NCBI GenBank assembly: GCA_963740905.1
Contig: CAVUFY010000004.1
Location: 387,735-451,734 of the forward strand
Reading direction: 5' to 3'
DNA: 64,000 bases
Origin: an uncultured delta proteobacterium
GTDB lineage: Bacteria > Desulfobacterota > DSM-4660 > Desulfatiglandales > HGW-15
The position numbers and the translations under genes were made by a program. The notes under the pieces are model-generated. The model was not told the DNA's origin and ran no database searches. It worked only from the letters and a program-made list of their open reading frames with translations. Position 1 is the first letter of the stretch; each line of letters begins with the position of its first letter. This document shows positions 36,772 through 46,817 of the stretch, in pieces.

Positions 36772-37229
36772 AGATGAAAGGCAACTCTTATTTCCTTATG
36801 GTGATCATGGCAATCATGCTGGTCATTGTTGGATCTTCACTGAGAATGGATTACTTTAAGTCCAAGCTGCTTCCCATCCTGGTCGGTAGTATTGTTTTCA
36901 TTTTGGCAGCGGTGGCGCTGAAACAGGAAATTTTCCCGGCAAAAAGGCAAGCTGCGGCTGGAACAGGATTAAGGGCAGGAGGAGAGGTCAAACAAACCGG
37001 GCGCGCATATTTGACTGCCTGGGCGTGGGTGATAGGTTTTTTCGTGGCTATCTATTTGATTGGTTTTATCATAGCTATACCCCTGTTTATTCTTGCTTAC
37101 ATGAAGTCGCATCGCATAGGATGGGCCACAGCCGTCACCTTTGCCATTTTGACGGTTGCTTTTGTCTATGGAGTATTTGATCTGGCGGTGGGAATTAATC
37201 TGTATCCAGGCCTTATATTCACTTTATAA
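36768..37229 (+). CDS. tctB: Tripartite tricarboxylate transporter small permease
   Basis: 153 aa with 4 TM segments. ATGA overlaps the tctA stop. Confidence 0.7.
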   Translation: MKMKGNSYFLMVIMAIMLVIVGSSLRMDYFKSKLLPILVGSIVFILAAVALKQEIFPAKRQAAAGTGLRAGGEVKQTGRAYLTAWAWVIGFFVAIYLIGFIIAIPLFILAYMKSHRIGWATAVTFAILTVAFVYGVFDLAVGINLYPGLIFTL

Positions 37230-37316
37230 GTGTAATTTGCGCCGACCGAAATGGGCGGCAGAGCGGACTGTCGGAACCCCGGCGTTATTCGTGGAATTTA
37301 GAAGGAGGCCACTCTT

Positions 37317-39384
37317 ATGAAGGCAACGGCTACCCGTACCATTTGCCAATTCTGCCACACCAATTGCGGTCTGGTGATTCATCGGGATGACGACGGCGCT
37401 CTCTCTGTGCGAGGAGATCCCGATCACCCCACAAACAGAGGCCGTATTTGTGTGAAAGGGGCGGCTGTCCCGGAGTTTATTCGTTCGGAGGATAGGCTGA
37501 AATACCCGATGCAGAAGACGTCGACAGGCTTCAAGAGAATCTCTTGGGACAACGCTCTCAAGTTCGCAGCGGATAAACTGGGAGAGATTCGAAGCAAGTT
37601 CGGGCCCCTGAGCCTCGTGCGATGCGCGGGCGCCCCGGTTTCCTATCAGGCCAGGGACGGCTTTCTTCAGTTCATGGGTGAATTCGGCTCGCCCAACATG
37701 ACCGGGGCCGCGAACCTTTGCATGGTACCCAGGATGACGGCGTTCCGCGCTGTAACGGGCAGTATCAGAGCTGAACCGGATTATGATCACACGGAGCTGG
37801 TCCTTTTTTGGGGTGTAAACCCCCTTGTCTCCGAGCGTTTCGGAGCCTATGCCTCCTACAACGGCATGACACAAATCCTTCCCCGTCTGAAAAAACGAGG
37901 GGCGAGAATCATCTCCATCGACCCCTTTCGAACGGCAACGGTGCAGCAAACGGATGAATGGGTACGGCTCAAACCGGGCAGTGATGTGGCGCTTGGCCTT
38001 GCCATGATCCATGTGATCATCGCAGAACAACTTTATGACAAGGCGTTCGTGGAGAGTTATGCCGGCGGATTCGAGGAACTAAAGGAACACGTCAGAGCAT
38101 GCAGCCCTAAATGGGCCGAAGACCGCACCGGAATCCCGGACAAGACAATAGAGGAATTAGCCAGGGTCTATGCGACTACAAAACCGGCTGTCATTTACGA
38201 GGGCAACGGCCTGGATATGTACACGAACGGCGTAGATGCCGTGCGGACCATCGCAATCTTGATCGCCCTCACGGGTAATCTGGACATACCCGGCGGGAAC
38301 GCATTCATGCCCTTTGCGCCCCAGTCCTCCCTCCCCACAAAGGCTGTGCCCAGAGAGAAGAGAGTGTGGCACGAAAGATTCTCGGTGTTCGGCGAGGTTC
38401 CGTTCCCGGCTGTGAAAGAGGCACTTTTGGGAAACGAAAACACCCGCCCACGAGCCATGATCGTTCATCACTGCAACCCGGTTCTTGTTCAAGCCAACGA
38501 GATCCGCACCAGGCAGGCCCTGGAGAAGTTGGATTTCCTCATGGTGAATGAGGTTTTTCCCACAGCCACCTCTGAAATGGCCGACCTGGTCTTGCCCATC
38601 GCGTCCGACTTTGAAACCTTTGGGTACAGGGCCTACTCCAGTGTGGAGGGAGGCTTCCTGGCCCTTGCCCGGCCGATCACGGCGCCCGTGGGCGAAGCAA
38701 GATGCGTATTCGAAGTGGAGCACGAACTGGCGGAAAGGATGGGGTTTAGCGATGGTTATCCTTTTCACGACGCGGTGAGTTGGATCCGATTCATGATCAA
38801 GCCGAGCGGCGTCACGTTTGAACGTCTTGATCGAGGAACAGATCGTGTATGCGACGCCACCCCTTCAATACCGGAAGTATGTGGGCGGGGGGTTCAAGAC
38901 CCCTTCCGGAAAAGTCGAATTCTATTCCCGGAGGTTTGAGGCGGCCGGCTACAGCCCGATCCCGGCATACACCGAGCCTGCGGGTGAACCTTTGGTACAG
39001 CGGGTTATGTCGGAGAAAGGGTTCCCTCTGCTTGGGACCAGCCGGCGTCCGTCTTCATTCGTCCACACCAAGTTGAAGAACCTTGAAGCCCTGTCCAAAG
39101 CCTACCCGGAACCTCTCATCTGGGTTCACCCGCTGGATGCCTCTAACAGGAAGATCACTGACGGCGATCCGGTAGAAGTCGTATCGCCCCAGGGGAAGAT
39201 CGTGCTGAGAGCGAAGCTCACTGAGGACACGAAGCCGGGGTTCGTCTGGATAGACTTCGGATGGGGGAATCCTACCGACGGAAAAGCTAACATTAACGTT
39301 CTGACGAACGACGCGTACTTCGACCCCATATCAGGGGGGACCCCGAACAGACTGTTCCCCTGCGAGGTTCAAAAGGTGACGTAG
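37317..39384 (+). pseudogene. Cytoplasmic molybdopterin (bis-MGD) oxidoreductase, split by a +1 frameshift near 38826-38832
   Basis: N-terminal CQFCHTNCG...CVKG 4Fe-4S motif with no Tat signal. Frame 0 reads ...IKPSGVTFERL and then nonsense. Frame +1 continues IEEQIVYATPPLQYRKYVGGGFKTPSGKVEFYS...GDPVEVVSPQGKIVLRAKLTEDTKPGFVWI (MopB C-terminal barrel). Confidence 0.7.
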
Positions 39385-39482
39385 AAAAGTATCCAGCGCG
39401 GATCACGGACCGTACGGAAAATTCAATCATTCGGCTTTTGACGCCGCAAGCAAGATCCCTGTCGTTTCTCTCCAGAGCGGTC

Positions 39483-40157
39483 CTATTTCAATCCCCGATG
39501 TGCTTTCCAGAATTCGTACTCATAGAGCCAATCTTGCTTGCGGAAAACCATCAGGCGCCTCATCCTCTCTTCAAATGACTTCTTAACCTCTTCCGCCTCC
39601 GGGATCACCGCCTTTTCCTCCCAAGCCCTCACCAGATGCTTCCCCAGTTCATGGGCCGCTCTCAGAATCTCTTCAGGAAAATAATCGCCGACTATTTCGC
39701 CCATGGTAGCCCACACCGAGCCCACAGGGATCACGCCGGTAGTGATGAGGAAATGGTTCATGTACTGGGTGATGGGTTCCTCATCCCCGCCTCCGGAGGT
39801 AACGACGGATGCCCCGTATTTCCCTTCAAAGGCCATACGGTGAATCACGCCGCAGCATCGGTCCATAAAGGCCTTGATCTGCGCACTCACGCTGGAGATA
39901 TAGTTCGGACTGGCGAGCACTATCCCGTCTGATTCGAAGATTTTCTTCTTGATGGACTCGAATTCGTCCTTCTGCGGGCACACCCCTTTCCGGTGACAGG
40001 TATCACACCCCAGGCACGGAAGCACGGTGGCCCCGGAAAGAACGATTGTTTCAGTCTCTGCTCCCTCTGCTTTGCTCCCTTCCAAGACATGGGAGAGCAA
40101 CCGCGCCGTATTGCCCTTAAGCCCATGGGGACTTCCGATGATACTTATGATCTTCAA
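39483..40157 (-). CDS. Iron-sulfur flavoprotein (Isf) / NADPH-dependent FMN reductase family
   Basis: MKIISIIGSPHG...CLGCDTCHRKGVCP (compact C-x2-C-x2-C-x5-C motif typical of Isf) ...GIVLASPNY. Confidence 0.8.
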   Translation of the reverse strand: MKIISIIGSPHGLKGNTARLLSHVLEGSKAEGAETETIVLSGATVLPCLGCDTCHRKGVCPQKDEFESIKKKIFESDGIVLASPNYISSVSAQIKAFMDRCCGVIHRMAFEGKYGASVVTSGGGDEEPITQYMNHFLITTGVIPVGSVWATMGEIVGDYFPEEILRAAHELGKHLVRAWEEKAVIPEAEEVKKSFEERMRRLMVFRKQDWLYEYEFWKAHRGLK

Positions 40158-40213
40158 GTTAAACCCTCCTGACGAACCCTCTGAGGAGATTCAATCCGCT
40201 GCTGTCGGATACA

Positions 40214-41948
40214 TCATCCGATCTTGATTTTGGAGAAATCAACGTGGTTATCCTTCACGCGCTGTGCCAGGAAAGCGAAAAAATCCTTGTCATTCTTTTC
40301 CGGAAAATCTGCACGGTAGAAACCGAAGGGAATCTTCCTGCTCTCCTTCCTTTCCACCGAGGCCCTCAAGACCATTTCAGCATTATCCAGGATAGACATC
40401 ACTTCGAAGCATCGCCCCATCTCGCTGAGGCGTCTCAGCCCTGAATAAGACATTGCTCTTGATATCATTCAGCCTATCCAACCCTCTTAACAACATCTTT
40501 TCGGTTCGCACATTTCCCGCGTAGTGGTCAACGATGTTCTGCACGGCGATTTCAACCTCACGCCAGTGAAGCCCGTTCTTATTCTCGGAGAGCCGATGGC
40601 AGGATTCAGTTAAAGCGCTCAGCTTATCTCCCTTCACTGCGAAAAAAGCTTTTTGATTCCTAGCCTCTTTGGCGGCCATCTCCCCTGCGTGCCAGCCCAT
40701 GGTGAATGCTCCTGGAGCACAAACCCACGGCAATCCACCCACCTCGTCTCCTGCGGCAAACAGACCCTTCATTTCGGTTTCCAGGTCTCTGTTTACCACC
40801 AAGCCGGAAGAAGCCGTACCAGCCATTTCCCGGCTGTTGGGCAACCACTCCAGTTTATCGCTCTTGAAGTCGAAGCCTTCCTGGCTTTTTAAGTAGTCCA
40901 GGAAGTAGGCCCCTTTGCCCTCATGACTGATAGACCATTCTATATACTCTAGTTCTTCTCTGGTGCCCCCGGTTAAATCCAGGTAGAAAGGCCCTTTGCC
41001 CTGATTATGCATGGCGAAATAATCCGGACGCTCCGGCGGGCGGGCGGTCAACTGTTCGTGTAATGCCCGGGAAGTATCCACCTTCTTTCCGCCCAGACCT
41101 TCCCAATCGTAAAAACTGGTTCTGGGCACAATGACTTTCCCGTCACCATCTACAACGGAACCCGCAGGTTGCGTCGTGTTTCTGGGCGCGCCCAGATTGA
41201 GTTCAAAGTTGCCGATGGCAAAAGCGGAAGGCGACAGGAACTCCATGTTGATGACGGGTAGTCCCGCACGAAGCGCCATGGAACGTCCGTCCCCGGTCTC
41301 ATAGGCAGGGACCCTCAGGTTGCCCCAGACGCCTGTGAGGCTTCTGCTCAGGCGGTTGACTCTGCCCGTAGATGACACGACAGCCTTGGCCTTAAAAGAG
41401 TAAACCTTGCCGTCTCTTGTGCCCACTCCCAGTGCGCCGCAAACATGACCTTCAGGAGAGGCAAGCAGATCCATGACTGTGACCCGATTCACGATCTGCA
41501 CCCCCCTCTTCTTCGCCTCTCTCGTCAGATGAATCTTCACATCTCTCCCGTCAAAGTTGAAGGTGGTGGGCACACTGTGAAACTGGCTGACGACCCTGAA
41601 TTTACCCGGCCATTTGCTGTCTTCGTACCTGAAATTAAGGCCGAAACTCTCAAGGTCCAGCATACGGCTGTAGCTTTCTTGCGCGATCAGGCGAAGCAAC
41701 TCTGGATCGATGAAGCCGTGGGCAATAGCCTTTGTATGGCTTTCAAGCAAATCGTCGATGGAGTAGCCCATCTTTTCATGCACGGGCGGAATGTAACCCC
41801 ACATGTGATCCACACCTGTCCCTGCACAACCGCTTGCCAGGGTATTCGCTTTTTCCACAAGCGTGACACTTACGTCAAGTTCGCTTGCTTTGATGGCAGC
41901 CATACACCCTGCTAAGCCGCCACCGATGATCAGAACATCAGATTCCAA
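40214..41948 (-). pseudogene. FAD flavoprotein of the fumarate reductase/AprA-like family, split by a +1 frameshift near 40440-40456
   Basis: SDVLIIGGGLAGCMAAI...FAAGDEVGG... The upstream frame ends ...LDRLNDIKSNVLFRAETP. The downstream frame (ORF 40214..40468) carries the conserved C-terminal block SGLRRLSEMGRCFEVMSILDNAEMVLRASVERKESR...FYRADFPEKNDKD. Confidence 0.7.
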
Positions 41949-42014
41949 GGAAATAACCCCATTACTGTACGCATAGATTTTTCTCCGACTACGACAAAGT
42001 TTCAGAAGCTTTAG

Positions 42015-42251
42015 CTATCCCCTGAGAATGGACACCCTCATGGGAAGCGGCGGTATCACTTTGATGGCGCCTTGATCCCGATGAGGGCACCGCAGCCAGC
42101 AGGCGCCGTCATAGCAGCATTCTTCAGGATACTTTACGACAGGGGGTTTGCCTTTTACGGAATTTCGTTCGAATACATCACCGGGGCAAATGTCAACGCA
42201 AAGATTGCACCCGTTGCAAACTTCCTCGTTAAAGGTAACGGGGTTGAACAT
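42015..42251 (-). CDS. Small 2x[4Fe-4S] ferredoxin (AprB-like)
   Basis: CNGCNLCVDICPGDV and a second, spaced Cys set (ECCYDGACWLRCP). GAGGAGGAG lies 4 nt before ATG 42251. Confidence 0.8.
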   Translation of the reverse strand: MFNPVTFNEEVCNGCNLCVDICPGDVFERNSVKGKPPVVKYPEECCYDGACWLRCPHRDQGAIKVIPPLPMRVSILRG

Positions 42252-42355
42252 TGTTCTCCTCCTCAATTAAGATTCATCACTCTTTGTTCTTGACGAAGAA
42301 GTTGCAGGTTGAGAATCTATAGTATAACAAATCGTCAAAGCACCCGCAAGCAGCC

Positions 42356-43652
42356 CTACTTCATCAAGCTCGGTATGAAGAGCGCTATCTGCGGAAAAAT
42401 CGTAATGATGATCAAACAGACGATCATCGCGAAAACGAAAGGAACGACTCCCCTGAAAATCCTGGATATCGCGACATCACTCACTCCTCCGAGAATGAAC
42501 ACGTTCATGCCGAAGGGCGGGGTGATCATTCCCATTTCCTGGGTGATGACGATGACGACCCCGAACCATATGGGGTCAAAACCCATTGCTACGACTGAAG
42601 GGAAAATGATCGGCAACGTGAGAATTTGCGCCGCCATGACATCCAGGAACATCCCGAGTATAATGTAGACGACCACAATCGCAGAGAAAATGACATACTT
42701 TGACAAGGCGACCCCTGGGATAACATTGGCCAGCGCGAACGGGAGTTTGCTTATGGCCATAAAATTCATGAAGATCATTGCACCGATGATCAGGAGAAGG
42801 ATCATGGCCGTAATCTGCCCGGTATCGACCAGCGCCTTCACGAATAACTTCCAGGAAAGACGCCCGGCTATGGACGTGATAACGATAGCTCCAAAGGCTC
42901 CGATGGCCCCTGCTTCATTCGGAGTAAATATCCCGGTATAGATGCCTCCCATAACCAGCACGAAGAGACAGAGCATTGCCCAGGTTCGTCTGAGCGATGA
43001 GATTTTCTCCCTGAAAGTGGTCTTTGGACCTCGCGGACCAAACTGTGGCTTGTACTTCGTGATGACAGCAATGGTGACAATGAACAGGCCGGCCAAGAGA
43101 TTCTCCGGGATGATGCTGGCCATACAGAGTATTGGAACGGACTCTTCCGTAAGAATGGCATACAGAATGAATCCGAGGCTCGGCGGGATGAGAATCTGAA
43201 GTCGCTCCGGATGCCACACATCCTGAAGCCAATTCCAGGTTGTAGTTGTATTTTTTCATTTCTGGAAGCGCCACACGTCCCATGGTTCCCGAGGTAGCCA
43301 TGCTTGAACCGCAGATAGCGGCGAAGCCGGTGCATGCTGCGATGGTCGCTATGGCCAGTCCTCCTCTCAGGTGTCCCATCCACTTGTATCCCGTGTCATA
43401 AAGATCCGCGCTTATTCCTCCGATGGAAGTCACCGTGCCCATAAGGAGGAAAAGGGGTATCACGGTCAGATTGTAGCTGGACACGGTGCTGTAAGGAACG
43501 GTAGCCAAGACCCCGAGTGCCGCCTTGAGCCCTCCGATGTATGCAAAGCCCAGAAAGCCGACCAGCGCAAGGGCGAAGCCGATCCACATCCTGAGAGAAA
43601 GCAGGATAAGAAGGAGCAACAAACCGAGAAGACCTGCAAGACTTGGATTCAT
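42356..43652 (-). pseudogene. dctM: TRAP transporter large permease, split by a +1 frameshift near 43195-43205
   Basis: The upstream frame reads ...PEMKKYNYNLELASGCVASGAT, then nonsense. The downstream frame reads LQILIPPSLGFILYAILTEES... The intact paralogue at 54259..55563 reads MKKYRYLDTLSTGTVAAAGSLGILIPPSTVFILYGILVEES across the same point. Confidence 0.75.
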
Positions 43653-44164
43653 CCTTTTACGGCCTGATATATCGTTTGAATCAAAGTGATCAGAAGGACC
43701 GTCCACAAGATCAGAGAACCGATAGCCAGTATCAGGTAAAACGGATAGGCCGGCACGCCCAGCATGTCCGACACTCGGTTGGCTTCCACCATCTCATTGA
43801 ACTCAAGAAAGGCCTGCCACGTCATGAGAGAAAGGATTCCCAGACTGAGAAAGCAGGTGATGCTGTCCACGACAGCCAACAGCTTAGGCGGGAAGCGGAC
43901 GGTCAAAATCTCTACCCTCGCGTTGCCCCCTCTGACGGCACAGAGCGGCAATGCGAGGTACACGACGGCAACCATCAAGTATTCGCAGAGTTCTACGGTA
44001 CCCAATATGGGCTTATTGAAGGCGTAACGGAGGAAAACATCCGCTACGGTGACAAGCATCATGAAAGTCAGGACGGCCATGCCCACGCCGTTGGCGATGC
44101 GACTCACGGTCCTGATGGTTGTCTCAACTGAACGGAACGGGCTCCTTCGCTCCATATTTGTCAT
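43649..44164 (-). CDS. dctQ: TRAP transporter small permease
   Basis: About 170 aa with 4 TM segments, and ...VTVADVFLRYAFNKPILGT..., typical of DctQ. The start is uncertain (44164 or 44155). Confidence 0.75.
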   Translation of the reverse strand: MTNMERRSPFRSVETTIRTVSRIANGVGMAVLTFMMLVTVADVFLRYAFNKPILGTVELCEYLMVAVVYLALPLCAVRGGNARVEILTVRFPPKLLAVVDSITCFLSLGILSLMTWQAFLEFNEMVEANRVSDMLGVPAYPFYLILAIGSLILWTVLLITLIQTIYQAVKG

Positions 44165-44168
44165 TTCT

Positions 44169-45209
44169 CTATTTGCTGTATTTCGCAATCAGCCTTTTTG
44201 TCTCCTCGAACACTGCCCTGGCCGGCAGGCCCTTAGCTTCATTTTCTTCGATCCATTTCTCCTGAATCGGCCTGGCGCCGTCGTACCACTTCTTAAGCTC
44301 CTCTGGGGAGAGTGTGATCATGGTGTGACCAAGCTTCTGCATCACCTCCTGGGCCTCAGCGGCTTCCGCCTGTTCATTCTGCAACAGCTTTTCCGTGACC
44401 CAGGGTTCGAGGTCATCGATAATTTTCTGGATGTCCGGGGAAAGCCTGTTCCAGACATCCTTATTCATGATGGCGCCCTGCCCGAGGTAAGCCAGGTTCA
44501 TTCTCACATGGTATGGCAGCAGTGTATGCACTTTATGATTATAGATCGTCGTCCAGCCGGAACATGCTCCTTTGACAATCCCCCTTTCCAGGGATGTATA
44601 CCAATCAGGAGGCAGGAGGACGATCGGGCTCGCGCCCATGTCTTTCAATGCCTTGGCGGTCACTCCTGAAGCGATGATTTTGATACCCTTCATGTCTTCC
44701 GGAACCCTCACCGCCTTATCCACGAAGTGCATCAATCGAGGGTTGGTATCGATCTGCCACAACACCTTGACATCCTTGAATTCCGCCTGGAGGGCCGGAA
44801 ATTTCATGAACAGTTCTCGCCTGATACGAGTGGCCACCTTGTCGTCCGGCCAACCCATCAAGGGCATATCGACAATGGAATTGAGCGGAAACCGGCTGGC
44901 GTCATTCACCAGGACCTGGAAGGCGATGTCGCAAATGCCCTTGACTGTTGCAGGATAGGTATCCTGAGGCTTGACCAGAGACGCAGCAGGATAGAATGTC
45001 ACCTTGACTTTCCCCCCACTCCTCTTTTCAAGCTCTTTGGCCCACAGAGCAAAAACCTGATGGGTGCCCGATTGAGGGGGAATATGGCTCGCAAACTTCA
45101 GTTCCACCACGCCTTTCTCGCTTGCCGTGGCCCCACTCAGGGCTGCAAGCGTCATCCCAACGCTCAGACAAACAGCCAGAAGACAAAACCAGTAGTTTCT
45201 TTGCAACAT
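44169..45209 (-). CDS. dctP: TRAP transporter substrate-binding protein
   Basis: Signal peptide, then VELKFASHIPPQSG... in a DctP-family pattern. GGAGG lies 6 nt before ATG 45209. Confidence 0.85.
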   Translation of the reverse strand: MLQRNYWFCLLAVCLSVGMTLAALSGATASEKGVVELKFASHIPPQSGTHQVFALWAKELEKRSGGKVKVTFYPAASLVKPQDTYPATVKGICDIAFQVLVNDASRFPLNSIVDMPLMGWPDDKVATRIRRELFMKFPALQAEFKDVKVLWQIDTNPRLMHFVDKAVRVPEDMKGIKIIASGVTAKALKDMGASPIVLLPPDWYTSLERGIVKGACSGWTTIYNHKVHTLLPYHVRMNLAYLGQGAIMNKDVWNRLSPDIQKIIDDLEPWVTEKLLQNEQAEAAEAQEVMQKLGHTMITLSPEELKKWYDGARPIQEKWIEENEAKGLPARAVFEETKRLIAKYSK

Positions 45210-45487
45210 TTTGCGCCTCCTTCTTTTCTCGATCACCTAAAATGAAGATTCCCTTCAAAACCCGAGTTTTTAGGATCTTGACCTTCAACTTCTTCGCAAT
45301 CGGCGGAGAAAGTCTATGGCCCGGTCTGAGAATCTTCCCAGCCGATTCTTTTCTGCTATTCTCGATGTGCAGTATACAGGACAGGGGTGAAGGATCGTCT
45401 CTTCGCATGGCGCGTTTGAGAACATTCCTCAAATGCACGAGTAACAAGGCCCCCTGGGGAAGTCAACAAAAAATTTGGCAACCCGCT

Positions 45488-46243
45488 TCAGTGGAATGTC
45501 ACGCCTCCATCGACATTGATGGTCTGTCCCGTAAGGAAGTTGCTGTCATCCGAAGCAAGAAAGACCGCAGTCCCGGTGAGATCTTCGGGGACTTCAGGCC
45601 GTTTGAAGCATCGGCTCCCCGCCGCCGCCTTTAGATACTCTTCGGGGTACATCCGATTTCCTCGGACTGCCTCACTGGACGTCAGTCCCGGAGCGATGGC
45701 GTTGACTCCGATCCCCGAATCGCCCACTTCGCGGGCCAAGGCCCTGGTCAACGCGATAACGCCACCCTTCGATGAAACATAGTGCAGAAAATACGGCACC
45801 CCCTGGAAAAAGGTTGATGAGGCCACATTGATGATCTTTCCTTTCCCTTGTTTCTTCATCTGAGGATAGACTGCCTTGCAGCAGTGAAACATGCCCTTGA
45901 GGTTGATTCCGAGCACCCGGTCCCATTCTTCGCTCGATATCTCGAAGAAAGGTTTTTTGGAAAGATCCGCAAAGACCCCTGCGTTGTTCATCAGGATGTC
46001 GATGCTCCCAAAACGCTCTACAGCGGCCCGCGCCATTTCTTTTGTGCTTTCCTGATCCGATACGTCCGTGTGCAAGGCGATTGCCTCACCGCCTTGCTTG
46101 ACTATTTCATCTTTGGCCGGTGTTCCGTCGAGAACATCTGCGATCACGATCCGGGCGCCTTCCTCCGCAAAACGGAGGCCGCAGGCCTTCCCGATCCCTC
46201 GCGCCCCGCCCGTAATAATTGCCACTTTCCCTTTAAGCCTCAT
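45488..46243 (-). CDS. SDR-family oxidoreductase (FabG-like)
   Basis: MRLKGKVAIITGGARGIGKA, NNAG, and the Y-x3-K region (YVSSKGGV). The ATG at 46243 is preferred to the extended track ORF. Confidence 0.9.
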   Translation of the reverse strand: MRLKGKVAIITGGARGIGKACGLRFAEEGARIVIADVLDGTPAKDEIVKQGGEAIALHTDVSDQESTKEMARAAVERFGSIDILMNNAGVFADLSKKPFFEISSEEWDRVLGINLKGMFHCCKAVYPQMKKQGKGKIINVASSTFFQGVPYFLHYVSSKGGVIALTRALAREVGDSGIGVNAIAPGLTSSEAVRGNRMYPEEYLKAAAGSRCFKRPEVPEDLTGTAVFLASDDSNFLTGQTINVDGGVTFH

Positions 46244-46817
46244 ACTGCCTCCTTTCTTGTACCACTTCAGCTCTTTCAAGCAACGGAAAGGATCATGACT
46301 TTCTTTCCATATCCCCTCCATCATCCTCGCTTTCAACAAATGCCGTCTCTAAAGTCAAATAAATTCTTCAGCATGTAAAATAGGAACGTTGGCAATGCAC
46401 TCTTGCGGGTCTTCTGTCCCATTCAAGCCCTCAATCCGGCTTTTGAACCTCAATGTGATCCTATCCACGCTACCGAATTCTTTCAAGAAAACAGTTGACA
46501 ATGCTGATCGAAGAAACCTAACATCAAATGCTCCTCATCAGAAGATTTCCTGAAAAGGCCCTTATAACATCAACATCACCCTGTGCTTCTCTGTGCCGGC
46601 CGCTTAACGAATTTGGGGGCACGGGACCGCATTGAACGTTTCTCGGTGGAGTCGACCGAAGGCCCGGAACGCCCCAATTTGAACAATAGAGCAGATGAGC
46701 AGACCTCACCATAGCGTGCCATCGTCCGACGGCTGTGGACCAGCGCAGGGTGAGTCTCACGGAAGAAAGGGTGGTATCAGATCACGCTATTCTGCTGTTT
46801 AAATAAGGAGGAGAAAA

